A DNA stretch of 64,000 nt, from NCBI GenBank assembly GCA_963745835.1, contig CAVUZH010000024.1, positions 64,001-128,000 on the forward strand, in the 5' to 3' direction. Within the stretch, counting starts at the first letter, position 1. Every line of letters starts with the position of its first letter. A model generated the notes under the pieces. The model was not told the origin of the DNA. It ran no database searches and saw nothing but the letters and a program-made list of their open reading frames with translations. The stretch is from an uncultured delta proteobacterium. GTDB taxonomy: Bacteria > Desulfobacterota > Binatia > UBA9968. The position numbers and the translations under genes are program-made. Below are positions 1-9,681 of the stretch, in pieces.

Positions 1-215
1 AGCGCCTTTTCCAGTTTCAAGCCACCACGACTCACATAAGGCGCAACTGCTTTAAGCCGGACTTCCGCGGTTTGATCGACCAACGCGCCTGCTTTTGTCA
101 ACGGTTGCTCGTTTACCAGCACTTCAGCTGCGAGGATCCTGCGCCGTCCCTCTTCACGGCTCGAGACCAATTCGCGCTGTACCAGCAAAAGATCTAGGCG
201 CTCCCTCTTTCCCAT
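1..215 (-). CDS. tlyA: TlyA family rRNA methyltransferase/hemolysin, N-terminal part (runs off window)
   Basis: Manual translation from ATG 215: MGKRERLDLLLVQRELVSSREEGRRRILAAEVLVN...PYVSRGGLKLEKA (S4 domain + YVSRGGLKL motif); usual position after dxs. Confidence 0.9.
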   Translation of the reverse strand, partial: MGKRERLDLLLVQRELVSSREEGRRRILAAEVLVNEQPLTKAGALVDQTAEVRLKAVAPYVSRGGLKLEKA

Positions 216-2110
216 CCCTCTCTACTTTTCTTTTTTGCGCGCCGTACGATCTGTAACGCCGATTGAGCGATGCCCTCCTTGTCGAAGCCGCATAGCTTTC
301 TTAATTCGTCCTGAGTCCCGTGCGTAACAAAGCGATCGGGCACGCCCAGACGCCTAACCTCTACTCCGGTGATCCCTTCTTCAGCCATCATTTCCAACAG
401 CGCGCTGCCGAAGCCGCCGACCACTGTGTGATCTTCCACCGTGATCAAACGAGGCACGCGCAACAGCAAATCTCGGAACAAAACGCGGTCCAGCGGCTTG
501 ACGAACCGAGCGTTCACCACGGCCGCATCGATTCCTAAAGAAACCAGGTCCTGGGCTGCTCTCAACGCCGGCATAACGGTCTGGCCCACGGCCGCGATCA
601 CCACATCGCGTCCGTCCCTGAGCAGTTCAGCCCTGCCTATTTCTAAATTTTTCATCTGCGCATCCATTTCCACACCGCAGCCCTCGCCTCTTGGATAACG
701 AATTGAAATAGGCCCCGAATACTCAACCGCAGTTTTCAACATATGTTGCAGCTCATTCTCATCCTTTGGCGCCATGATGACGATATTTGGAATCGAACGC
801 ATATAGGCAAAATCGAAAACGCCGTGATGCGTCGGGCCATCTGCGCCCACCAGACCGCCGCGATCGAGAGCAAAGACGACATGCAAATTTTGTAAGCAGA
901 CGTCGTGCAAGATCTCGTCATATCCTCTTTGCAGAAAAGTTGAGTAGATCGCCACGACCGGTACGAATCCCTCGGTCGCCATGCCCGCCGCAAAGGTAAC
1001 GGCATGCTGTTCGGCAATGCCAACATCGTAAGATCTGTTCGGAATCTCGCGCGAAAATTTATCGATTCCTGTCCCACTTCCCATCGCTGCGGTAATACCG
1101 ATGACTTTGGGATTTTCCTTCGCCAGCCGGACCAACGATTCACCGAAAATATCCGTGTACGTTGGGATTGCACCTTTGCCTTTTTTCGGTTTACCCGTAA
1201 GAACGTGAAAAGGAGTCACGCCATGAAATTTTACCGGCTCTTTTTCAGCAGGCGGATAACCTTTTCCCTTAGTCGTCAGGACATGGACTAGAGTTGGTCT
1301 CTCTATCTTCTTAACGTTCTCCAGAGTCGTGATCATCTCTTCGATATTATGACCGTCGATGGGACCGACATACTGGAAACCAAGGCTTTCAAAGAGAAAT
1401 CCAGGCGTCACCAAGCCGAGAAAAGATTCCTTGACTTTTCGCGCCAGATGAAACAGATTTTCGCCCTTAGGCAGAGTTCGTAAAAGCGTGGAGAGATTTT
1501 TTTGCAATCGCACGCCAGCATCGGTAGTAAATTGCTTGCTCAAAAACGACGACACCGCACCGACCCGCGGATCGATGAAGATGGCGTTGTCATTGAGAAC
1601 CACAATCAGATCCTTCTCCAAATGCCCGGCCTGGTTCAAACCTTCGTAAGTCAATCCCGCGCTCAAGCCGCCATCGCTGATTACCGCAACCACCTTGCGG
1701 GAAGATGACTCGAGCGTCTTCGCCTCGACCATACCGAGCGCGGCTGAAATGGAAGTACCCGCATGACCCGCGCCAAAAACGTCGTACTCGCTTTCATCCC
1801 GACTCAAAAAACCACTGAGACCGCCAAATTGGCGGATGGTTGCAAGTCGGCTGCGGCGCCCGCAGATGAGCTTGTGCGCATAGGCCTGGTGTCCCGTATC
1901 CCAAACGATCCGATCTTCGGGCGTGTTGAACACATAGTGAAGCGCAAGCGTAAGCTCCACAGCCCCGAGGGTGGAAGCGAAGTGTCCGCCCACTTCTGAA
2001 ACAACCGAGATCACTTCCTGACGTATCTCGGCTGCGAGTTGATTGAGTTCATCAAGCGTGAATCCGCGAATGTCTTTCGGGTACTCGACACCGTCAAGCA
2101 AGTTAGCCAT
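194..2110 (-). CDS. dxs: 1-deoxy-D-xylulose-5-phosphate synthase
   Basis: GGHFASTLGAVEL, WDTGHQAYAHK, DVGIAEQHAV, DRGGLVGADGPTHHG motifs. Confidence 0.98.
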   Translation of the reverse strand: MANLLDGVEYPKDIRGFTLDELNQLAAEIRQEVISVVSEVGGHFASTLGAVELTLALHYVFNTPEDRIVWDTGHQAYAHKLICGRRSRLATIRQFGGLSGFLSRDESEYDVFGAGHAGTSISAALGMVEAKTLESSSRKVVAVISDGGLSAGLTYEGLNQAGHLEKDLIVVLNDNAIFIDPRVGAVSSFLSKQFTTDAGVRLQKNLSTLLRTLPKGENLFHLARKVKESFLGLVTPGFLFESLGFQYVGPIDGHNIEEMITTLENVKKIERPTLVHVLTTKGKGYPPAEKEPVKFHGVTPFHVLTGKPKKGKGAIPTYTDIFGESLVRLAKENPKVIGITAAMGSGTGIDKFSREIPNRSYDVGIAEQHAVTFAAGMATEGFVPVVAIYSTFLQRGYDEILHDVCLQNLHVVFALDRGGLVGADGPTHHGVFDFAYMRSIPNIVIMAPKDENELQHMLKTAVEYSGPISIRYPRGEGCGVEMDAQMKNLEIGRAELLRDGRDVVIAAVGQTVMPALRAAQDLVSLGIDAAVVNARFVKPLDRVLFRDLLLRVPRLITVEDHTVVGGFGSALLEMMAEEGITGVEVRRLGVPDRFVTHGTQDELRKLCGFDKEGIAQSALQIVRRAKKKSREGWERGSA

Positions 2111-3043
2111 TTATGAAATACTCTCCTCTGCCGCTCTCCCTCTATCCTGGATAGCTCGTGCAATGATATGTTTTGCGATCGCCCGTAGCGGTTCTGAGCT
2201 CTCGCCGAAGGATACCAGCTCCCGATCGCACAACTTCAATAATTCCTGCAAGCGTTCGGTCGCTTGAACGATTCCGACCACTGATGGATAGGTCGCCTTC
2301 TTGAGCTCATTGCGACCCGACTCGGCGCCCTCGCCAGCAATGGTTTCTCCGATATTATCGAGAACGTCGTCAGCGATTTGAAAGGCCAATCCTAAATACT
2401 CGCCGAATTTGGAAAGCCTTCGCAACTCACCAGTCTTTGCACCCGCGATCTCGGCGCCGATCCGAAGCGCGGCAAGAATCAGAGCGCCTGTCTTTCGGAC
2501 ATGGATATACTCGACCGTAGCAAGATCGACATCTTTGTTTTCCGATTCTAAATCCACTGCCTGGCCGCCGACCAAGCCCGCCACACCGGCTGCATGGGAT
2601 AGTTCGTGAATTAGCCGGAGCACCAACTCGGCAGGCAGCCGCCTGACTTCTGGACCGGAGATCAAATGAAAAGCCTCGGTGAGCAGACCATCTCCCGCCA
2701 GCAAAGCCATTCCTTCGCCAAACACTTTATGTGCGGTGGGTTCGCCGCGGCGCAAATCATCATTATCCAACGCCGGCAGATCGTCGTGAATAATCGAATA
2801 AGCGTGGATCAACTCCACGGCGCATGCAAACGGCATAAGCTCTTTCTGTTTAGCGCCAAACATTTCGCCCGCCGTTAATGTGAGGATCGGGCGAATTCGT
2901 TTGCCGCCGGGAAACAGCCCATATCGCATGGCTTTAAGAATTGCGTGCGTCTGTCCGCCATAGACCTTCAGAAACTGCTCGAGAGCGCGATCGATGGCCG
3001 TCCTCCGCGTTTGAAGATAGTCGGCCAGTTCAGACTGAGTCAC
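2111..3043 (-). CDS. ispA: Farnesyl diphosphate synthase / polyprenyl synthetase
   Basis: GGKRIRP, HDDLPALDNDDLRRG, KTGAL, FQIADDVLD; immediately upstream of dxs. Confidence 0.95.
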   Translation of the reverse strand: MTQSELADYLQTRRTAIDRALEQFLKVYGGQTHAILKAMRYGLFPGGKRIRPILTLTAGEMFGAKQKELMPFACAVELIHAYSIIHDDLPALDNDDLRRGEPTAHKVFGEGMALLAGDGLLTEAFHLISGPEVRRLPAELVLRLIHELSHAAGVAGLVGGQAVDLESENKDVDLATVEYIHVRKTGALILAALRIGAEIAGAKTGELRRLSKFGEYLGLAFQIADDVLDNIGETIAGEGAESGRNELKKATYPSVVGIVQATERLQELLKLCDRELVSFGESSEPLRAIAKHIIARAIQDRGRAAEESIS

Positions 3044-3165
3044 CGGGTCGGATCCTCATGGACGTAATGGCGGTGAGCAGGCTCGTTAAACTGCGTGAAT
3101 GTATAAAAAGCAAATTACCTTGCAATTTACCCCGACAACGTTGGTTCTTCAATTGCAATTTGCCG

Positions 3166-4011
3166 TCATTCTCCTTGTGAAGACAATGCCCTCGCTCTGC
3201 CAGACGGACGCAGGTCTCGCAGCTCGCGCGCCGCTACAGTGCTTCCGTTCCTGCCGAACACGAGAAAAGCAATTGCGATAGCGCCCAAACCCACCCAAAC
3301 CGCCAACCAATACTGATTCAACACACAGAATCCGAGCGGCAAAGCGAAATTGATGATGTATACCGAAATTGCAAACCTCAGCTCGCTATGCGGGGCTGGC
3401 GCTATTTTGGAGAGTATGACGAATAGCACCAACCCGGTAACGCCCCAGCCGAGCAAGTTCATCCAGGGCATCCCGTAGTATGTGCCGCTTTGCCCCCAGA
3501 TCCAGTAACTGGTGACTTTGCTCATCGCCGGGTCGAGCAAAAGATCCCACGCGACCAGAAGAGCCGTGGCGAGAATTACGGCCGAACGCCCGTCCCTGCG
3601 CTGCCGCGCAATTACCCAGCAGGCCCAACTCATCGTGAACCAGCTCAATGGAATCAAGAGCGGCACGCGATCCAACCATTTAAAACCGAGCAGCGCGGTA
3701 TAAGAATACGCGCCAAATGGGATTCCGTACGTAGTGCCAAGTAGTTCGCTGACAAGACTGACCGAATAGATCAAGGCAAAGGCCCATAGACCCCTCGTCC
3801 GGTCACGCAAAACCGCTTCTGCCACGACAGCAAGACCGCCGAACAGCATATTGCCGACGGCAAATCCATAAAAAGCCCAAGTAAAAAAACGTGCGCCTGG
3901 GTCGAGTTGTATCAGAAGCTCGGGGCGAGAAGTGAAGATACCGTAGCCCAGCAAACTAGCAGCGACGATAGCGCCCTGGACGATTAAACACAGCCACGGG
4001 ATATAGTGCAT
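3166..4011 (-). CDS. cruF: Carotenoid 1',2'-hydratase, CruF/DUF422 family membrane protein
   Basis: SELLGTTYGIPFGAYSYT..LG...VPLLIPLSWF, WDLLLDPAM, YYGMPWMNLLGW; follows crtB. Confidence 0.88.
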   Translation of the reverse strand: MHYIPWLCLIVQGAIVAASLLGYGIFTSRPELLIQLDPGARFFTWAFYGFAVGNMLFGGLAVVAEAVLRDRTRGLWAFALIYSVSLVSELLGTTYGIPFGAYSYTALLGFKWLDRVPLLIPLSWFTMSWACWVIARQRRDGRSAVILATALLVAWDLLLDPAMSKVTSYWIWGQSGTYYGMPWMNLLGWGVTGLVLFVILSKIAPAPHSELRFAISVYIINFALPLGFCVLNQYWLAVWVGLGAIAIAFLVFGRNGSTVAARELRDLRPSGRARALSSQGE

Positions 4012-4048
4012 CGGGCAATCTCCCTGCTACGATTATATTTCTCCCAGA

Positions 4049-5002
4049 TCACCTGAGTTCTGAATGCCGCCATACCCGATGAATTGGCACGGCAGACCAT
4101 GGCCGCATCAATCGGGCCGGCATAGAAGCGATTACGTGAAGCACCCCGAAGAGTATGACCCAAAGTTTACGCGCGCCTGTAACATAGCTCCGCTGGTCCC
4201 AAGCCGACGGCCCTTTATGCAGGAGAAGTGAACCGATTTCGGCATAAACATGCCGCGCCGCCGCCACGGCGCAAGCGGAACGAAACGACAAGTGCCACAA
4301 GCCGGCATCTCCTGAAAGATAATACCGATCCGCTTCCTGCAGGAGCCGCTTCGTTATTAGCGCCAGTTTTGCGCGATTTTTTACCGCGGCTATCTCTTCC
4401 GGCTCTACACCTGCTTCTTCTAACCATCTCAAAGGCAGATATATTCTACTCATTGATGCGTCCTCGGTAATATCCCGGGCGATGTTGGTAAGCTGCATTG
4501 CAATTCCAAGCTCTGCTGCGTGCTTAAGCGCCTGCTCATCGCGCAGCCCCATCACGTGAGACATCATTAATCCGACGGTTCCGGCCACGCGGTAACAATA
4601 AAGCGCAAGATCATTAAATGTCTGGTATCGGGTGCCACGAGCATCCATCGCCATCCCTTCGATTAGTTCCAACGCATAATGAGCCGGAATCGAATAACGT
4701 TGGACGATGTATTGCATCGCGATAAATACCGCTTGCTCCTGAGCGGCGCCAGAAAAGACCGACCGGGTGGCCTCAGAGAGCTTGGCTAGGCGCTGTTCAA
4801 GTTGTTCGCGGCTCTCCTCCATTCCCGCCCGGTCCACCTGGTCATCACAGTAACGGCACCAGCCATAAAGAAAAAAAGCCGCATCCCTGGTGCCCGAATC
4901 AAAAAGCCGCGCGGCGAGCGAAAAACTTTTTGAACCTTTGGTGATCATCCAGCGGCATTCGTCCAAGGCCGCTTTGACTTTCGGCGACATTGCTTCAGAC
5001 AT
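4049..5002 (-). CDS. crtB: Phytoene synthase
   Basis: GSKSFSLAA, WCRYCDDQVD, YCYRVAGTVG, QLTNIARDITED. Confidence 0.96.
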   Translation of the reverse strand: MSEAMSPKVKAALDECRWMITKGSKSFSLAARLFDSGTRDAAFFLYGWCRYCDDQVDRAGMEESREQLEQRLAKLSEATRSVFSGAAQEQAVFIAMQYIVQRYSIPAHYALELIEGMAMDARGTRYQTFNDLALYCYRVAGTVGLMMSHVMGLRDEQALKHAAELGIAMQLTNIARDITEDASMSRIYLPLRWLEEAGVEPEEIAAVKNRAKLALITKRLLQEADRYYLSGDAGLWHLSFRSACAVAAARHVYAEIGSLLLHKGPSAWDQRSYVTGARKLWVILFGVLHVIASMPARLMRPWSAVPIHRVWRHSELR

Positions 5003-6530
5003 AGGATAATCTTTGCACCTGGTTGGAACTCCGCACTACCACAGCTTTTCTGATGTCATCCAGAATAAGCCCGGCGGTGGCCTTGGCAGAGTTTACGACC
5101 CCGGGAATTCCTGCCCCGGGATGGGTCCCGGCGCCGACAAGATACAAGCCGATGAGATTTGGGTCACGATTCTGAACCCGAAAATACGCACTCTGCATCA
5201 AACGAGGTTCCAGTGAAAACGCCGATCCAAAATGGGCATTCAGCTCTGAGTGAAAATCCTGCGGGGTAAAAATCCGTTGCGTGACAATCTCATTGCGCAG
5301 GTTTGGAATGTAATGCCGCTCAAGATACTCCAGAATTCGCTCGGCATAACGCGGCCCTTCCACGCTCCAGTCCACTGACAGCTTGCCCAAATGAGGAACG
5401 GGGGATAGCACATAGAAGGCCTCGCAACCCGGCGGCGCCAGCGACGGATCGGATCGTGTCGGCGCATGCAGGTAAAGCGAGAAGTCATCTGCCAACCGAC
5501 CGCGGCGGAATATGTCCTTCAGGAGCTCCCGGTAACGCGGTCCAAAGATGATGTTGTGGTGTTGCAGGTTTGAATACCGGCGACGCGTACCGAAGTAGAT
5601 CAAAAACAACGACATGCTGTAGGACATCGCGGCCAGTCTTTTGCGCGTGTGCTGGATTTTCGGCTCGCGACGCAGAAGGCGATCGTAGGTATGAACCACA
5701 TCGGCGTTACTGGCCACTAAATCACACTCGTGTGTCTCGCCGGTTTTGGTCGCGATCCCCACAACACGATTGCCGCGGGTTAGAATCTCGGACACCTCCG
5801 ACTCCAATCGAATTCTCCCGCCCAATTCCTGAAACAGCTTCAGCATTCCCTGCACGAGTGCGCCGGTGCCGCCTCTGGGGAAAAACACGCCCCATTTCCG
5901 TTCCAAACAATGAATTAACGTATAGATCGACGTGGTCGTAAACGGATTGCCGCCGACGAGCAGAGGGTGAAAGCTAAAAAGCTGTCGAAGATGCGGATCT
6001 TGAATAAACTTGGCGACAATACTATGCACCGATCGATAAGCTTTGAGCCGGAGCAGTTGCGGCGCTACCTTCGCCATACTCGACCAATCCAGAAATGGTA
6101 CATGCGCCAGCTTCACATATCCTTCTTCGAAAACTCTCTCGGAATATCTCAGAAAACTTTTGTAACCGTGCAGATCCCCCGGTGCTTTGCTGGCGATCTG
6201 TCGCTCGACATCGGCCAGGTCGGCCGAATAATCGAAGCTGAAACCGTCCTGCCAAAATAGACGATAAAAGGGTTTAACCGGCAGCAGCGTGACATAATCA
6301 GCCATTGATCTTGCTGCCAACGTAAAAAGCTCTGTTAAACAATTGGGAGCTGTAATCACTGTTGGTCCGGCATCGAACGTAAAGCCCTGGTCGCGATAAA
6401 CATACGCCCGGCCTCCTGGCTGATCGCGTTTTTCAAAGATTACCGTGCGACAACCGGCTGCTTGCAAACGGATGGCTAGGGCGAGCCCGCCGAAACCGCT
6501 GCCGATGACAGCGGCAGAGACTCTATCCAT
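4995..6530 (-). CDS. crtI: Phytoene desaturase (start revised to ATG 6530, MDRVSAAVIG)
   Basis: IGSGFGGLALAIRLQAAG, FDAGPTVIT, YLVGAGTHPGAGIPGV. Confidence 0.96.
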   Translation of the reverse strand: MDRVSAAVIGSGFGGLALAIRLQAAGCRTVIFEKRDQPGGRAYVYRDQGFTFDAGPTVITAPNCLTELFTLAARSMADYVTLLPVKPFYRLFWQDGFSFDYSADLADVERQIASKAPGDLHGYKSFLRYSERVFEEGYVKLAHVPFLDWSSMAKVAPQLLRLKAYRSVHSIVAKFIQDPHLRQLFSFHPLLVGGNPFTTTSIYTLIHCLERKWGVFFPRGGTGALVQGMLKLFQELGGRIRLESEVSEILTRGNRVVGIATKTGETHECDLVASNADVVHTYDRLLRREPKIQHTRKRLAAMSYSMSLFLIYFGTRRRYSNLQHHNIIFGPRYRELLKDIFRRGRLADDFSLYLHAPTRSDPSLAPPGCEAFYVLSPVPHLGKLSVDWSVEGPRYAERILEYLERHYIPNLRNEIVTQRIFTPQDFHSELNAHFGSAFSLEPRLMQSAYFRVQNRDPNLIGLYLVGAGTHPGAGIPGVVNSAKATAGLILDDIRKAVVVRSSNQVQRLSYV

Positions 6531-7641
6531 AGGCAACTGCGATCTCCTCGCCGAGCTCTTGTAAATCTTCAAAAGCACGTTTCGACCAGCGTACGTTGGC
6601 GCTGTCAAGGCGCTCTTTTAACTGCCGAAACGCGCTGTCCAAATAACCTCGGGCACAGACACGGACCCGTTCTGTAAGGTTATGCGCCTCAGACCATGAC
6701 TCCAGTTTACGCGCATCCGGTAAACTGCCGACTGCGGTACAGAACTCCGCATACGCTTTGGAGCTGCTGCTTTTTGCGGCGCATGCCCAGACCCATGAGG
6801 GTCGAGATAATCTAAGATCTTCATACCGCTTGGCTGGTTCGCACTTGCCGATGAGATTACCCAAATCATCGAACATCTGCAGCGAGACGCCGAGGTCCTG
6901 GCCGAACTGATCCAAAATCGACAAGGCACCTTCCGATGCTCGTGCAATGGCGCCGCCCAGAATGGTGGCAAAGCCCATCAATGCGCCGGTCTTGAGTTTC
7001 ATCGATGCCAGGCAAACTGGGGCAACCCGGTGCTGGGGCAGGGATCTAACGGGGGCGCCCAAATCAACCGCCTGCCCAAAGTGGGCGCGCAGCAGAGTTC
7101 GATGACAATGCTCATAGAGGTAAAAAATCTTATCGACCGGTAGTTCGGTTTCGCGAAGCAATTCGAATGGCCAAAAGTAGAGCCAGTTGCCTGCGTTCAC
7201 CGCGATGGGGACACCAAATTGAAGATGCAGTGCCGGACGGCCCCGGCGCACACTGCTGCCATCCTCGATATCGTCGATAACCAGGGATCCTGTATGAATC
7301 AATTCGACTATAGCGGCGCACCAGCCGCATTGTTTGGTGGCAAGAACGGAGGCTGGAGTGTCGCTAACGAGACGGTAGCTCAACGTCACCAACTGTCCAC
7401 GTATGCGTTTACCACGGGTCGAAGTCGCTTCGGCGAGTGGATCAAGTAAAGCGTCACGAAGAACATCCTGGACAATCGAGGGGTCATCCAAACCGAGCAG
7501 TTCCGCCATGCGTTCAGTCTTGGGCAACATGCTGCGCAGTCCTTCTCGACCTATATTCCGCTGCTCTTGATTTTTCGCCTGGTCTGAGAAAATCCGCTCA
7601 GCCGACACCTCGTTCGACAAATTGAGGCTTAAGTTTTTCAA
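6523..7641 (-). CDS. crtE: Polyprenyl (probable GGPP) synthase of the carotenoid operon; probable TTG start at 7641
   Basis: GKRIR, IHTGSLVIDDIEDGSSVRRG, KTGAL, QMFDDLGN; GGAGG just upstream of TTG; upstream of crtI. Confidence 0.8.
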   Translation of the reverse strand: MKNLSLNLSNEVSAERIFSDQAKNQEQRNIGREGLRSMLPKTERMAELLGLDDPSIVQDVLRDALLDPLAEATSTRGKRIRGQLVTLSYRLVSDTPASVLATKQCGWCAAIVELIHTGSLVIDDIEDGSSVRRGRPALHLQFGVPIAVNAGNWLYFWPFELLRETELPVDKIFYLYEHCHRTLLRAHFGQAVDLGAPVRSLPQHRVAPVCLASMKLKTGALMGFATILGGAIARASEGALSILDQFGQDLGVSLQMFDDLGNLIGKCEPAKRYEDLRLSRPSWVWACAAKSSSSKAYAEFCTAVGSLPDARKLESWSEAHNLTERVRVCARGYLDSAFRQLKERLDSANVRWSKRAFEDLQELGEEIAVAYG

Positions 7642-7651
7642 GAATCCTCCC

Positions 7652-8551
7652 TTAAGATCGGAAGATGTTGTGGCTCGATAGTAGATCTTCCGGCGAAGTC
7701 CCCAATGAATTCGCCAGACGCAGTACCACATCCATTGAAATGTTCTGTTTTCCGCCTTCAATGGCGACGATGGAAACACGCGTAAGGCGCGCCGATTCGG
7801 CTAATTGCTCTTGGGTCCAACCCTTTTTGTTGCGCAAGTCGCGCACTCCGCGACCCAATCCGATCAGGTATTCCTTCAACACAGCTTTAGGCCGCCCGGA
7901 TTTCAGCAGCTTGCCGGCAAGCTGCACTCCTTCGAGGGCGTTACGAGCAACTGCGCATGTTGCGTCTGACGGCCACTCGTTTCGTATCATTGCCTGCCCA
8001 CCTAAAAGAATCTTTGGCGCATCCGGCATCGTCCTGAGTTCTCCCACCAGACGGCGCGCGTGAGCGAGACCGCTCGACGTCCTGACAGAGAGTGCCACTA
8101 AGTGCGGTCGTCGAATTTTGATTGTCTCGATCAATGACGGCGTGGGAACGTCGGCTCCGAGAAAGTCCACCGACCACCCTTCAATATCCAACAAGTCAGC
8201 CACCATCCGGGCGCCGATGCAATGCAGTTCCCCTTCCACACATGCAACCAAGATACGTTGCGGCAACCGTGGCCTCTCGCTGCTGTGCATGCCGCGCAGT
8301 CGGTCCATATGCTTCAGCACAAGATGAGAGGCCAGTTTTTCCAGGCCGACACCGATCTCTCCGTCACACCAAAGCTGACCTATCTCGATCAATGCGGGGG
8401 TGATCAAATTTAAGTAGACATCGCCGAGCGGACGCTGCGCAAGCATCAACTGATGGATGATCTGGAAGGCAGCCTCATCGTCACCGTTCAACAGGGCTCG
8501 AACATAAAGCTGCTGTCGTTGACCAGTCTGATATTTATTTACTGCGCTCAT
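7652..8551 (-). CDS. Cobalamin-binding (CarH-like four-helix bundle + Rossmann) regulator with C-terminal XRE/Cro-C1 HTH
   Basis: IGQLWCDGEIGVGLEKLAS (Wx9E), EGELHCIG...GWSVDFLGADVP (ExHxxG), C-terminal VRDLRNKKGWTQEQLAE..LTRVSIVAIEGGKQNIS; start taken at ATG 8551. Confidence 0.88.
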   Translation of the reverse strand: MSAVNKYQTGQRQQLYVRALLNGDDEAAFQIIHQLMLAQRPLGDVYLNLITPALIEIGQLWCDGEIGVGLEKLASHLVLKHMDRLRGMHSSERPRLPQRILVACVEGELHCIGARMVADLLDIEGWSVDFLGADVPTPSLIETIKIRRPHLVALSVRTSSGLAHARRLVGELRTMPDAPKILLGGQAMIRNEWPSDATCAVARNALEGVQLAGKLLKSGRPKAVLKEYLIGLGRGVRDLRNKKGWTQEQLAESARLTRVSIVAIEGGKQNISMDVVLRLANSLGTSPEDLLSSHNIFRS

Positions 8552-8558
8552 CAGCGTT

Positions 8559-9464
8559 TCATAGATGCAAGGACTCCAGAGCCGGCAGCAGATTGCCATA
8601 CTTAAATTTATAACCAAGGTTCGTGGCGGCCTGCGGCACAGCACGTTGACCGTTCAGCAGCATCTCGGCCATCTCGCCGAGCAGCAGAGTCAATATACCG
8701 CCCGGGACAGTCGCCCACGAAGGCCGGTTAAGAACCACGCCCATCGTTTTGCAAAATTCCGTCATGGTTACCGGATTCGGAGCCGTGGCATTGAAAGGAC
8801 CCCGAGCATTTTGGTTTTCGATTAGAAGCAAGAGTAAGCCGATTTGGTCTTCAATATGAATCCAAGGCATCCACTGATTCCCCGACCCCAGAGGACCGCC
8901 GACAAATAACTTAAACGGCATGACCATTTTTGCTAGCGCGCCCTGCCCTTTATCGAGCACGATCCCTGTTCTTACGAGCGCGACGCGTATACCATACGAT
9001 TCGGCCTTTCTAGCCTCCCTTTCCCAATCAACACAGACTCGCGCCAAGTAATCACTACCGGGGGCAGTTTCTTCGGTAACGATTTCCTCACCGCGGCCGC
9101 CGTAATAACCTACCGCAGAGGAGCTGATGAAAAATCTTGGTTTCTGTTTGGTCTTAGCAATGGCGTTGACCAAAGCCTTGGTGGTCTCAACCCGGCTAAA
9201 CCTGATTTTCTCCTTCTGCACATCGCTCCATCTCTTGGCCGCGATTGGCTCGCCTGCGAGATTAATGATGCCATCCACACCATCAATGGCCTCTTCCCAT
9301 TCACCGGATTCGCCGGGCACCCAAAAAACCCACTCCTGCTGAGTGACATTCGATTCTCGAGGAGGGTTACGGCTCAGTAAAATGAGATGATGACGCTGCC
9401 TCCACAGATGATCGGCAAGAAGAGATCCGATGAAGCCGCTGGCTCCAGTTATCACAATTTTCAT
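8559..9464 (-). CDS. TIGR01777 family (YfcH-like) NAD-dependent epimerase/oxidoreductase
   Basis: ITGASGFIG, INLAGEPIA..RW, SSAVGYYG, GGPLGSGNQWMPWIH. Confidence 0.92.
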   Translation of the reverse strand: MKIVITGASGFIGSLLADHLWRQRHHLILLSRNPPRESNVTQQEWVFWVPGESGEWEEAIDGVDGIINLAGEPIAAKRWSDVQKEKIRFSRVETTKALVNAIAKTKQKPRFFISSSAVGYYGGRGEEIVTEETAPGSDYLARVCVDWEREARKAESYGIRVALVRTGIVLDKGQGALAKMVMPFKLFVGGPLGSGNQWMPWIHIEDQIGLLLLLIENQNARGPFNATAPNPVTMTEFCKTMGVVLNRPSWATVPGGILTLLLGEMAEMLLNGQRAVPQAATNLGYKFKYGNLLPALESLHL

Positions 9465-9488
9465 CTACTACTCTCGTCATTTCTTCTT

Positions 9489-9514
9489 CTAAAGTCAAGT
9501 ATAGTTGACTTTAG
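9489..9514. promoter_or_regulatory. 26-bp palindromic operator candidate in the divergent carotenoid promoter
   Basis: CTAAAGTCAA-GTATAG-TTGACTTTAG, perfect 10-bp arms; weaker TTGAATAGTCAA at 9527-9538; overlaps TTGACT -35-like hexamers. Confidence 0.65.
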
Positions 9515-9681
9515 CCGATAAATGTATTGAATAGTCAACATACAAGCTCAACATTAAGAGACATTCGAGATAAATAGACCTAAACCGGAAAGAAAAAGAA
9601 ATGTCGCGGCGTTGGATTTAGTGAGAGTGAGATTCAAAGGCTGATGTTCCGGCAACTTGATCGACCCGCCTTGCGGACGGC

